A stretch of 64,000 nucleotides of DNA from Azolla caroliniana. Its lineage: Eukaryota; Plantae; Polypodiophyta. Shown here piece by piece: positions 48,536 through 60,235 of the stretch (position 1 is its first letter; the number at the start of each line of letters is the position of its first letter). The stretch spans positions 11,594,001 through 11,658,000 of the forward strand of contig JBHGNT010000003.1 of the NCBI GenBank assembly GCA_043228905.1. The letters run 5' to 3'. A program made the position numbers and the translations under genes. The notes beneath the pieces were generated by a model. It saw nothing but the letters and a program-made list of their open reading frames with translations. It did no database searches and was not told the DNA's origin.

Positions 48536-51500
48536 TTAATGTACGGGCCCCTCTGTTGTGGCAGTCACAACGTGGAACGGGTTTGGAGGCATAGGTCCCA
48601 GAAAGGGTTTCAATTGGAACCCATTTACTTTCTGTCGAAGTACCTCTCTAACCAAGGTGCCTAATTGAAAAGTGTCGTTTTCCTCTCCGACTATCCAGTA
48701 CGGCCCCGTCCAGCGGAATCTCAATTTTCCGGGCACTTGACCCATGCGTGTTTGAAAGACCAATACGGCCTTTCCGGCTATGAAGTCCTTCCCCCGTGTT
48801 ACTCGATGTCGATCAATGAATGCTTTACATCGTCTCTGTTCCTGCTCCAGTATGGCCATACTATGTACCCGAGCCTCTCCTAATTCGAGGAGTTGTTGTA
48901 ACCGTAGCTGCTCGGACTGGCCTTCCGCTAGTCGGTCTCGCACTTGAATCCGCAGACTTGGCACCTGGAATTCGACGGGCATTACGACTTCTAACCCAAA
49001 TGCCAGCCGGAATGGCGTAGACTGTATGCTAGTCTTATAGTTTGTTCAATACGCCCATAAAGCGTTGTGCAATTTAGTATCCCAATCTGTTCTATTTTCA
49101 ATCACGATCTTCTTCAGTATTGTCTGCAAGGTTTTGTTCGTGGACTCTGTGAGTCCATTCGCCTGTGGATAGTACGGCGTGCTTTTCTTATGGACGACGG
49201 TGTAACGGTACGTGAGGTCATGGATGACTAAATTCAAAAAGTGACTCCCTTGATCACTGATGAGCTCGATGGGGCAACCAAAACGGCACCAAATGTATTC
49301 ATACAGAAATTTTGTCGTAGATGCCACCATGTTATCTCGTAACGCCTTTGCTTCCACCCACTTAGTGCAATAGTCCATGGCTACCAGAATATATCTGTTA
49401 CCTATTCGCGTTACTGCCGATGTAAAGGGTCCCACAAACTCAAGACCCCACTTCTGGAATGGATCTAGCAGAATAACAAGTTGATGTGGCATTCTCACGG
49501 CCTCCGTGGGCTGACCCAATCATTGACATAAATCACACTGCTTGCAATAGAGGTGTGTGTCCTTTTGCGTGGTAGGACACCATAGACCGGCTTGCCATAT
49601 TTTTCTAGCCGTAACATCCCCCGCATAGTGCCCCCCTGCCGTACCGCAATGAGCTTCGTGCAAAACAACTTCCTTCTCATCTTGACATACCCCGCGTCGC
49701 CAGATTCCATCGTTGCCCTTGTGATACAGTATTCCTTCAACCAGGCAAAAGTTACGACTACGAACAGCCAATCGCTTCTTTTCATCAGTCCTTAATTGTG
49801 GCAGAGGCACTCCTATAGTCAGAAAGTACGTCATTTCCATTAGCCATCAATCCGGAAAATTTTTCTCTTCCCGTGACGCTATCATCGCGACCCTCAGCAC
49901 GTCCGCATCGGGAAAGTCATCGTCATCTTTCCTTGCAGTTTCCCCGTTATCCACCCTACTTAAGAAATCTGCTATGGCATGTTGCGTACCTGGGCGATGT
50001 TGAATTATGAAGTCGAATTCTCAGAGCAATAGCATCTATCTAGCCAATTTTTCTATCAGTGCTTGTTTCTCCACAAGGTAGAGCAACGCCACATGATCTA
50101 CATGAAACGTAAATTTTCCCCCCAGCAAATAATGGCAGAATTTATTGATGTTGTATATCATTCCCAACGCCTCCCGTTCTATTGTGGAGTAGTTACGTTC
50201 GGCCGTTGATAACTTTCGACTGGCGTAATAGACTGGTCTGTACCAATTTGGCTCCATGAGCTGCATCAACACGATGCCTATTGCTATATCTGAAGCATCC
50301 ACAAAGACATGGAACGGTTTCACCCAATCCGGTGGTTGTACGACCGGTGCTTGCGTTAACATTATCTTAAGTGCGTCGTACGCTTTTTCTTCGACCGTCG
50401 TCCATTTGAAAGGTGTGAGGTGTACAATGGCGTGCAATGGCGTAGCGAAATCTGCCAAATACCGTAACATACAACTATGCCAACGTATTTGTCCTAGGAA
50501 ACGGCTAAGTGCTTTGGCAGTCGGTGACGTTTTCGCTTGAATGCTCATGGAAATTTTATTCGGGTCCACCGCTATCCCCTCCTTGCTTACGATGTGGCCG
50601 AGGAGGGCTTCACAAGCGACGCCGAATGCGCATTTAGCCAGATTCAAACTTAAGTGTGAAGTACGACAGCGCTCCAGAAAAAGTTGTAAATGACGCAGAT
50701 GTTCGGTTGTTGTCCCATACACCATAAAGACTTGCATAAAGGCGGGTATGTATTCCCCAAAAATTTCTGTAATTGTCCGTTGGAATGTGCCAAACGTCAT
50801 CTTTAACCCAAACATCATGACTACCGTGACATAAACCCCCCCAATCGGTGACAAACGTCGTCTTCTCTTGGTCGTTAGGATGCATGCGCACTTGATTATA
50901 TCCGCTGAAGCCATCCAGAAAACTGTACATGTCATGCCCTACGACTGCGTCTAGTACGTTGTCTATGAAAGGTAAGAGGAACGCATCTGTAATTGTTACG
51001 GCTTTCAATTTCCGATAGTCTACACAAACGCAGATTTTGTCAGTTTTCTTCGGTACTACGACTATTGGGCTTAGCCACGTAGCTTGCTTAACTGGTCGAA
51101 TAAACCCTGCCTTGAGAAGTTTGTCAATTTCCTCTTTACGCGAGCCGCGTAATTCGGATTCATTCAATACCGACGCTGTTGTACAGGTTTCACCTCGGTA
51201 GCTAAGTTGATCTTATGCTGGTAAAACTTCGGGTCCAACCCCTTCATGTCTTCATGGGACCAAGCGAACACATCTTTATATTCCTTGAGCGGCGCTATCA
51301 TTGCTTCCTTCTTACTCGGGGGTAAATCCTTTGCAATCGAGAGTACTCGTGGATCTATTGTCGTTCTAACGTTGACGTCTTCTAATGCTGAGGCGAAGAC
51401 TCACCGTGAGATTTCCATTTCCCAGTCAAATGTTGCTCGTGCCTTGCTTAGCTCTAGTAACGATTCTGGATCTGGCTCATACGCCTCTTCCTGAAGCGTA

Positions 51501-53880
51501 TTACTAGGCGCGTAATCAGCAGCAGTTTCTATAATATCAATTTCAAATAATGGGACGATCCGTAGGTGATCATCAAGGATGCTTCCAGTTCCGCATCTTC
51601 TACCCCTTCCAGCATATTTATGTCTTCTGCATATAATGGTGTTATGCCCTCAGGTTGTGTAGCCATTTCCTGAGTGGGTACGCGGATTTTGTTGCGTCCT
51701 CATCGGAAACTGATACAATTATGCTACCAGTCCTGTTTGATGTTAGCCACCCAAACCCACGGTCTGCCAAGCAATATTGGGTACGCTCCCGGCGCGTCAA
51801 GTGCCAATACCACTGTTGAAATGTCAAAACGATGACCGTCGATGATAATGCCTAATTTCCGGATCAACCCTAAGGGTCAGACAGATCTGGTGTTTGCCAT
51901 GCAAAACCAAAAAGGGCAAACTTTCCAATTCAAAATTCCTAATCGTTCGCATGTAGTCATACTAATGACATTGACGTCGGAACCCCCATCGACTATACAT
52001 TCGTCGACTTCTTGACCCTGTATCACCAGTTTAATGGTTGGGTTGTGATGGTCTACCACTGTTGGACCGGAACTGGTTTCTACAAAATTTGTCGAGACAT
52101 CTATCCTAGATGTGCTCGTAATGTGTTTCTCCACTGCTTGTCAGAATCGCGGAACCAGTTGAAGGAGCTTCTCCATGGTCATCGTTATCTCGCAATCCAC
52201 CAGTGCTTGCCATATGGAATCCGGTGATGTTGTATCTTCTTCCCTCGGTAAGATGTTCGTGGATTCCTGCCTCATACGTTCTGTATTTGCTATGTTAGCC
52301 TTTTCTACCCAAGCTTGGGCCGCTTTGCGTATCTCCTCTTGCACAGCCCAATCCGCGTTCTTGATTTGTTGTCGTGTTGTCACTTGCTGAACTTCCGTCG
52401 TAATCGTATTTACGGCGGGTCCTTTGCCCTTGCGAAGTGGACACTGAGTCGTGTAATGTCTGGGTTGTTGGCAGACGAAACAATGGACACTGGACTCGCT
52501 TGTCTCTCTCTCTGGCGGTGTAGCCGTTTCCGTGCCTATTGCTTGTTCATCCCAATTTTGTTGAAGCCTCCTGTTATTCCGTGGTGGTTTCCGGGGTTCG
52601 CGATGTGTCTGCCCACGCCGCTCATCTTCCGAACTTTCGTCATACCGACGTTGGTCCTTATAGTACTACCTATTATGTCCCTGTGGTCGTGGTCCATTGA
52701 ATCCCCCGCGATTGGTTGCAAAATGTAGACTGTTATAACAACGTCCCCCTTTATTATATCGGTTGTTGCCCCGATATTCTTCGTCCTCCAGTTCCTCTTC
52801 ATCGGAATATAAGTTGTTGTTTCGGTGATTACGGTTGTGACAGTCTTCGCGCGGATTTCGTTCCATATATCGGGGTCGTTCTTCTTGTCGCCCTTGATCA
52901 TTTCGGCGAAGTAGCCGCTAAGGTTCTACGCGTCATACTATGGGTGTAGGTCTGTTAAGCATATTGTATCCACATTGCTCGACCGTGTGTGTCTTTGAGT
53001 GACAAATGGGGCAATGAATTCTCATCTTGCATTCCACCGCGGAATGCCCGAAGTTGAGATAGATCGTGCACTGAATAGCCTGGCGGAAGCGGTTTTCCTC
53101 GTCCCGAGGCAATGCCTAGTGTAACGACAACATGGAAAATCCGTCATCTTCTTCTTCCAATTCAAGTTGTAATGCTCGATCGATAACCATATCAGTTGTT
53201 TCCCCTTTCACACTATGCGGATTTAACGTCGTTCTAATAGGTCGTCGAAGGGCTGCCAATAATGTCTCCTTAGCTTTCTCATCTATTGGGGCCCGTGTAA
53301 GCTGTTGTCGTAGACTTTGGAAACGTAGACTAAAATCCGCGACGGATTCTGTTGGCGATTGCTTGATGGTGTAAAATTGCCCAATAATCTCTCGTTGCGG
53401 TACCCTTCTATGGAAAAATCGCAAGAATGTTGATTGTAGTTGATCGAAGGTCGTGATTGCTGCCAAGTCCATCTGAGAATGCCAGCATGCCGCTCTACCA
53501 TCCAGAGTTAATCCGAACTCTGCGATCTTCGATCTATGCGCTTCCGCTTCTGGAAGCCACTGCGCCATGTGATTAGCGTTCCAAACATTCAGGAACAGCC
53601 GGATGTGGCTTGCGGCGACTGTTTCGTCGCCGAAGCGTGGATAGGAGAAGGCCATTCCGAACGCTATGGTGGGCAAGGGAAGACCACGGTTCTCGTGTGG
53701 TGACAAGACTTCCTGCTTGACGTCACGGTGTTCTATGAGCGTGGAGTCGACTTTGTAGTCCTGACAGGAATAGCTAAGGTGAGATTTTTGCTTTGCGCGC
53801 TCCTTTGTCTGGCATGTGATTGACCTCGTGAGTGGTCGGTCTTGCCAGGTTGGTTCTCTGGGTCGTCTACGACTAGACAT
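48536..53880 (-). pseudogene. gag-pol of element H
   Basis: Fragments 53116-53880 (gag), 51877-52383 (protease DGGSDVNVI), 50036-51167 (RT/RH) and 48536-49840 (integrase), homologous to A and D. Confidence 0.94.
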
Positions 53881-54401
53881 CCATCCCTTGTTGTTCGTCT
53901 ACGATAAATCACAGATCACTAGGCGTGCCAAACGTGTTACCGATACGGAACACTATCTATCTCAGTCCTTCGAGATAGACTTCAAGGTGATTGCATGGCA
54001 AGGTATGCCGTCACATGAGACGTGAGCCGTACTCCGTTGGTTTCATAACAATGCGTATCTATGGGTGAAGGTTCATGGCTACGACCGAGAACCTAAGTGC
54101 GCTACTATGCGACTCGTGTCCTATGCTTATAGAGACGTACTTACGAATAGTACAGAGATTACACAAGACAACACAAGTAGCCTAGACACAGAAAATCAGA
54201 GAAGATAAGATACTATTAGAAAGAAAAACCTCACGCTCCAAAATTACACGCTACCTCTTACAGAGGATTTCTGCCCTTTATATACACAGGGCGTTCAGCC
54301 GTTCATGCTTCCCGCATGAACCGTTACATTTCTTTTCTTAATGCTTTTAATATATTTACACATTCTATCCGGCGGTTACAATTCCGGCGGACAACAACAC
54401 T

Positions 54402-54520
54402 TATAAATGAACTACTGAGACTAACTCCCAAAAATATAACTACCTACTAAACTAGGAGCGTAGGCCTCTAACGACTTGTCGGCTCTCTGATCTGGCCCAT
54501 GTTGAGCTTGGTTCTCAATA
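54402..54520 (-). repeat. 5'-most part of the Copia J LTR
   Basis: Minus strand reads TATTGAGAACCAAGCTCAACAT...GGGAGTTAGT...TTCATTTATA, homologous to the starts of the E/I LTRs. Confidence 0.75.
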
Positions 54521-55854
54521 AGATGCTTGGGTTGCATCATCTTTACATGTTTTACTTGAGGGGGAGAATCAACAAGGGGAGGTCAGAGGACGAGCCAGCC
54601 GCCGAATCAGTGACAATTGATTCGGCTTCGGACAAGCCGAATCAAGAGGGGGGGGCAAAAAAGCGAAAGGGTTGCCGTAACGGGAAAGTTGCATGATGAA
54701 GAGGCGTCGAAGTTGAAAGGGTGTGGAGAAGGCCAATGAGGGCCAGTGGAGCAGACAAACCGCACGCATGCCAAGAGGAGAGCTAGCATGAGGAGTCGGA
54801 GCGGCAAACCAGTAGAGCGGATGTTACTCCCTCCTAGAGAACACCTTCAATTACCCCTCTTGAGTAATTGGGTCAAGGTATTGTGATGCGAAGGAGAGTT
54901 GGGGGTCATGGCGTCCTACCGAGTCATTACGAAATATATGACTTCTTGGGGCTCCTAGTCATTGTTTAGTTTGTCCCACTTGGGGTGGGATCCCGACTGG
55001 GGAGATAAGAAGGATACGATGTGGGATCGGCTACAACCGATCTTTGTATATGTCTTTTTCACAGACCGAACTTGATATAGATATAGGTATATAACGAAAT
55101 AGAGATGAGACAGAACACTGAAGTCTCCCACAAGTTATATATATTCGATTAAAGGGTAGCATACAGATACAAGTACCGAGTATATCATGTAGACACTCAC
55201 TCACTCTCTAACTGTCTATTCCCATCGTGGTCCTCTATATCCCCCCTCTCTATTCTTTGATACTCGATATATATAGTCTCTTCTACTTGGCGCTTTCCAC
55301 CCGTGCCTTCCTTATCATTCGTCTTCCCTTGTTTTGGTTGTTAGTTCTTGGCTTCCTTTGGTTCGTTTCACACTTGTCTCACCGGGTAACAACGGACAAA
55401 CCCAACCCCCAACTTGATCTTGAGGGGGAGTGTTGAGAAGGCAAGCTCAACAAGAAGCCGGATCAGCTATAAGCCGAAAGTCCATAAGTCTAAATCGGTT
55501 GTGAGGCCGTTAGGACACAAGGTGTTGGGAATTGAGCCTAGACTTCCTAAACATAGTTATAGGAATATTATAAACCAATCAGTTGTCAGAGCTCATGAAT
55601 GAGCTTAGTTTAGTTGTGACAGTACCATTTGTATAAAAAGTGCTCTGTGAGCACACTGTAAGTGTGTCGACTTTTGCAATAGAAAATTTGTGAACACTCC
55701 TTGGATTTAGGGCTTAGTTAACTCTTCTATAACTAGGAGGAATTCCTCCTTGTACGATCTGATTAATGTTAATACAAATCTATGCTTCGCCATAACGGTG
55801 TAACTATCTTTCTCTGTGCATACTCTTTGTATATGTTTTATTTTTTATACTACA
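54521..55854 (+). mobile_element. 3' remnant of Copia L (RNase H end, 3' extension, PPT, 3' LTR 55431-~55854)
   Basis: LGLHHL..LRGR is homologous to the end of I pol. TTGAGGGGGAG is followed by TGTTGAGAAGGCAAGCTCAACA. The LTR right boundary is approximate. Confidence 0.78.
54822..55391. mobile_element. Solo LTR M (570 bp) inserted in L
   Basis: TGTTACTC...GGGTAACA termini with flanks GCGGA/ACGGA (4/5 TSD). Confidence 0.75.
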
Positions 55855-56049
55855 CAGATCCTCACACTAACTCTATGTCTTGCTTGTTCCTCAACAAGAT
55901 CCCCACTTGCTTCCGCTCAGTTGACCATAGTCAACCAACAGACTACACATAGTAGTCGACTAGACACAACAAGTGTCAACATAGTTGGGACCATAATACC
56001 TCCACGTCATTCAAATGAGAGGCGACACTATCGGTTTCCGTCATGCAAA

Positions 56050-56400
56050 GATCATAGATTGTTCTCATTCGATAAACTTTATTTTATGCAATCTCTTTTT
56101 CATAGGTAGTTTAGTCCATACTTTTCCAGCCGAGTCACAATCCAAGACCATGAAGTATACACAATGTCTGCTAAGTGCAATCTTATGGTGGACATTGCCA
56201 AGAGATCGAGCTCTTTCCAATCGTCATTGGTCATGGTCATAGCACTCTTGGCTTCACCAGTTAATGGCCTTTATTTCCTTCTTTGAAGGAAAACATCTCT
56301 CATCTTATTCTTCCACGAGGTGAAGTTGGATATGTTGAACGTGTGTATCTCAAGGTGGTATTCTCCAGTCATAGAATAATTTCTATGGCAAGTAAAGGAA
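56050..56400 (-). pseudogene. Highly degenerate Copia gag remnant
   Basis: FNISNFTSWKNKMRDVFLQ resembles the F-x-G-x-N-F-x-x-W-K-x-x-M Copia gag start, with a YEK...NKVY-like segment downstream. Confidence 0.4.
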
Positions 56401-59001
56401 CCACCGCGCGAGGTACTCAAAACCTCAAACATTTTGGAAGCCATTAGGTGGCAATGAAACTTAGTTGATTGCAACTCTGAGCACTTAATGATAGTTGGGA
56501 CACTACTCATTATCCTCTCAAGCATAATTATCACTACAGGCAAAATATGCATACGCAAATATCACTGTAGGCCAAAAATAAGAATTGTGTATGCACCCTA
56601 ACCTAAAGCAGCACCTCGTGCTTATGTCAATCAAAGATCAATAAAACTTACGAACATGCAGCTTCCATTCCATAATCTCACATTGCTAAGCAAGCATTCA
56701 ACATGTAGTTTCTATGTCACAATCTAGTGCACATAGAAAACACTCCTCTCTTTTATAATCCGGAAAAGACTAAATATGTATTTATTGTTTGTAGTTGGAG
56801 AGAGGGAAAAACACCTCTTGAAAAATTTGTTGAAATGTGGTAGAGAAAGAAGAACAAGTTCTAGAACAACAAGAATATAGTGGAGGTTACCTCACTTAGC
56901 GAGTTCTTGTAACAACATACACAACGAGGGAAAAACAAAAAACGATTTCTACCACTCTAATGCATGGAAGTCTTGGTCGGCTCCCTTCGAAGTCTTCCAC
57001 CAAACCCTTCGAAGTATTAGAGCTCCTTCTAGAGGTAGCTAGTCCCCTTCTCGAAGTTGTCAAATCAAGATGTTTCCCCTATTGGAGAACAATTCTGAAA
57101 CCCTTCAAATAGAAGAGGTAGAGAAGAATAAGTGGAAAAATCCAGAATTATACCTTAACGCAAGAAGATCCTCCTTCTCACTCACAATTCCCCATACAAA
57201 TGAAAATAGTATCTCTCTTATTCACATGCACCTTCGCTTATCTTCCTGAAGCATCATCCTTCATGTCCATTGATTCACATTCTTTTCATTTGTTTAATTG
57301 AAGTTACCTTGTCCTCTCATTTAGATAAGATTCAAACCTTTGACCTTTCATTCTTAGTATACGCTCTTGATGATTCACCTACCTCCTGTCTCATTTTGCT
57401 TGAAGAAGTGTAGTGACTTGCAACCAATAAATAGGAACCAAGAGGTTTGGCATGTTAAGGATCAATAAGGAGATGCCTAATAGTAGCTAGATTTTGAAAA
57501 CCCCCTCTATGATGTTGCTAAGTAACCCAATACATTTCTCTCATGGCCTAGAGTTAGTTCAAGGAGGCTTTTTCTTTTCCACTATAGCTTTTGTTAAGTT
57601 TATCCCAAGCTAACATTTGGAAGAGATCAAATACACTTTATTTATATGTGGCACACATAAAGCATGCATGTGCTTTTTTAAATCTTATGTGTAATTTCAC
57701 ATTAATATATCACAATGTTTACATATTTGAGTAATTTGCACATGTGCACACATGCTACGTTCTCCTATCCTCTTGTTGTTCATTCAATCAAGAATGTAGA
57801 CTACGTCATTTTAGTATTGGTGCACACCATGTGTTGATGGCTGAAATACAACACTCATCCTCACCGAACTAGCTCATCCTCGAGTGTATGCCATGGAATC
57901 ATTTGCCTTTATCTATTGTGATTGATTGTTCACACTTATAAACTTCTTCGTCATCTTCATGATCATGTAGAGTCAAAATATAAATTGTCTTTGGTTGCTT
58001 TCCCGAGTGTACCACCCAATTCGTTGAGGCAATAAGTCAAAGTACAATGCTAATGATTGAGGCTATTATCATATACAAGGACCCAATTGCCTTCTTCAAT
58101 CATCCTCTATCATAATGATGTTTGCTTATCGAACCAATATTTGTTGTGATGTTGGGCCCCTTGGTATCGCCCAATTGCAAAATTGACATCCATGGGACGT
58201 TTCTCAACTTGTGGAATTCAAAGCCAAGTGGAAATTTTATTATGAGCATCCCTTCTTCTCATAGCAACACAACCACCCAAGTGGGCATTTTACTTTTGAT
58301 GGACATCATCAATTGTTGTCCCAACATAAGCTTAGTAGGAATGTATTTTTGGTGATTGTGTTGTATATTAATTCTAATATAAGATTTTGTTGACAAATGT
58401 ATGTGTGATCCATCTCCCTTAATTTTGAGTGAATTGTGCATAAGTATTTTAGTTAACTCATCAATATCAAGTAATTAAGTGCTTTGTCCTGATTATTATT
58501 AAGTCCAATTCCAACGCATGTCCTAGCCAACTCACCAAAGTAGATGAGAAATTGGCTCCTTGTTGATGACAATGGACCTCATGCAACAAACTAATCACTA
58601 CTCTTCACCACCTTAGGGAGCGGATGCACCATGTCCCACGCTCAAGCTGCAATGGCCAACGTATTGTAGTAGAAAGTGTAACCATGTTGTCGTGGGACCT
58701 TACCTTTCCATCTAAATGATACCATTGTACGACCACAACCCCAAGGGACTACTACTCCTACTGAAGCCGACAAACATAAGTTTGTGTAGCTTCCAAACTC
58801 CCCTCCCCCACTTGCCATCGCAAGCTCTCTCAAACAACCCCTACCTACTTCACCAAAACATACTGACTTCCAGCCAATAAATAACATCCATTCATTCATT
58901 CATTGCTCGAGAGCTCAATGTGGGGACATGGCCTTGGGCCTTGGTCCCCACCAAACAATATGTATATAATACATACATACATATATGATATATGTATATG
59001 T

Positions 59002-59027
59002 ATGTGTGTGTGTGTGTGTGTGTGTGT
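59002..59027. repeat. (TG)n microsatellite within an AT/AC-rich simple-sequence patch
   Basis: Direct reading. Confidence 0.9.
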
Positions 59028-60235
59028 TACATGTATATATTTATATTTCAACCCCTCGCCAGACAGCGCAGGATCCAATTCCCTCTCCTAGCCCTGCTCT
59101 GCTCGTCTGAGTCCTTGGAATCCCAGATGTCATACATGATACGGTCATTTCACGATGAAGAAATCATGTTGTATCCTTAACCTCCCAAGTACAGCAACAC
59201 AGGCAACATCTATCTCATCAGGTGCCTTTCTCACTATGTAGTAATGTTGTACATCAAAGGCACATCATGTCTCCCAGCACCTCTCCCTCTCCCTGTCAGA
59301 CACCTTTTCACGATTATGTGTGTCCTTTCTCTTCAATGTATTCTAGTTCCTCTAATACTGGTAATTGTATCACAATTGGTGAGCCCAATATGTTCGAGAC
59401 ATAGCTAGCAACTTGGACACAAATGTAGACATTTTCTTACAAAAATTCAAATTATACTCCAAGGTTGAAAATCTTACTCAATGTTTCTTCCCCAACTCCG
59501 TAAGGATGGCTTAAACAATTGTAGAATTAAATAAGTTATTACATTACTCTACACAGTTCCAAAGTTGATGATTGAGTGGAATCTGCAACAAATTATCAAG
59601 TTCAACCACTTTTCTCTTAACATACAATGTTATGATCATACACATGGCTACGCCTTCAATATGTGATTAGGAGTCATCCTAGCTTCAAACGGTCCTCTGC
59701 TCTGGCATGGCACATACATATACATATATACATATGCATACACATATACTTATATTTATATTATATTGTACATAGGATATTCCCTCGGGTGAGTACCTTA
59801 TTCAAACATCAAGGAAGAGAATACTCTTCAAAGAAATTGTTACAACAATGGCATTTTTTACCATATGCAGACAAATGATAAAATATTTGCCCTCAAGATG
59901 CTGCTCTCCATTGCATTGCTCCACTTTGTTGTGAATAGCAACCTATCTATTATCGCGAGTGGGGCATCCCCATATTTTATCACATGGGATGCACCAAATG
60001 TAGCCAGATGATCAATACACTCCCAGAGTTGCCACCATTGATTGGGTACCTCATTATGAGCAATGCAAGTAACAATGCCTTCATTTTACAATTTTTATAT
60101 ATAACAAGATTTCATTTGCATTGACACTAGCAACTGGCATTGGTACACTCTTCTTTTCGACTCAGACCAACGAGAAGACCTTTTTGTTTTCTTGTTCTGG
60201 TTCAAGTGATAACCACAGAGATGAAATAATAATCT

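Larger units (their letters stand above)
39636..54396 (-). mobile_element. Gypsy element H (distant relative of A/D), full length, decayed, interrupted by Copia I
   Basis: 462-bp LTRs at 39636-40097 and 53935-54396. Perfect TSD ACACT (39631-39635 / 54397-54401). PBS TGGCACGCCT at 53930-53921. Confidence 0.96.

Noticed and set aside
58122-58441. Possible degenerate retroelement protease remnant
   Set aside because: Only a faint THTFV-like resemblance across broken frames; not supportable.
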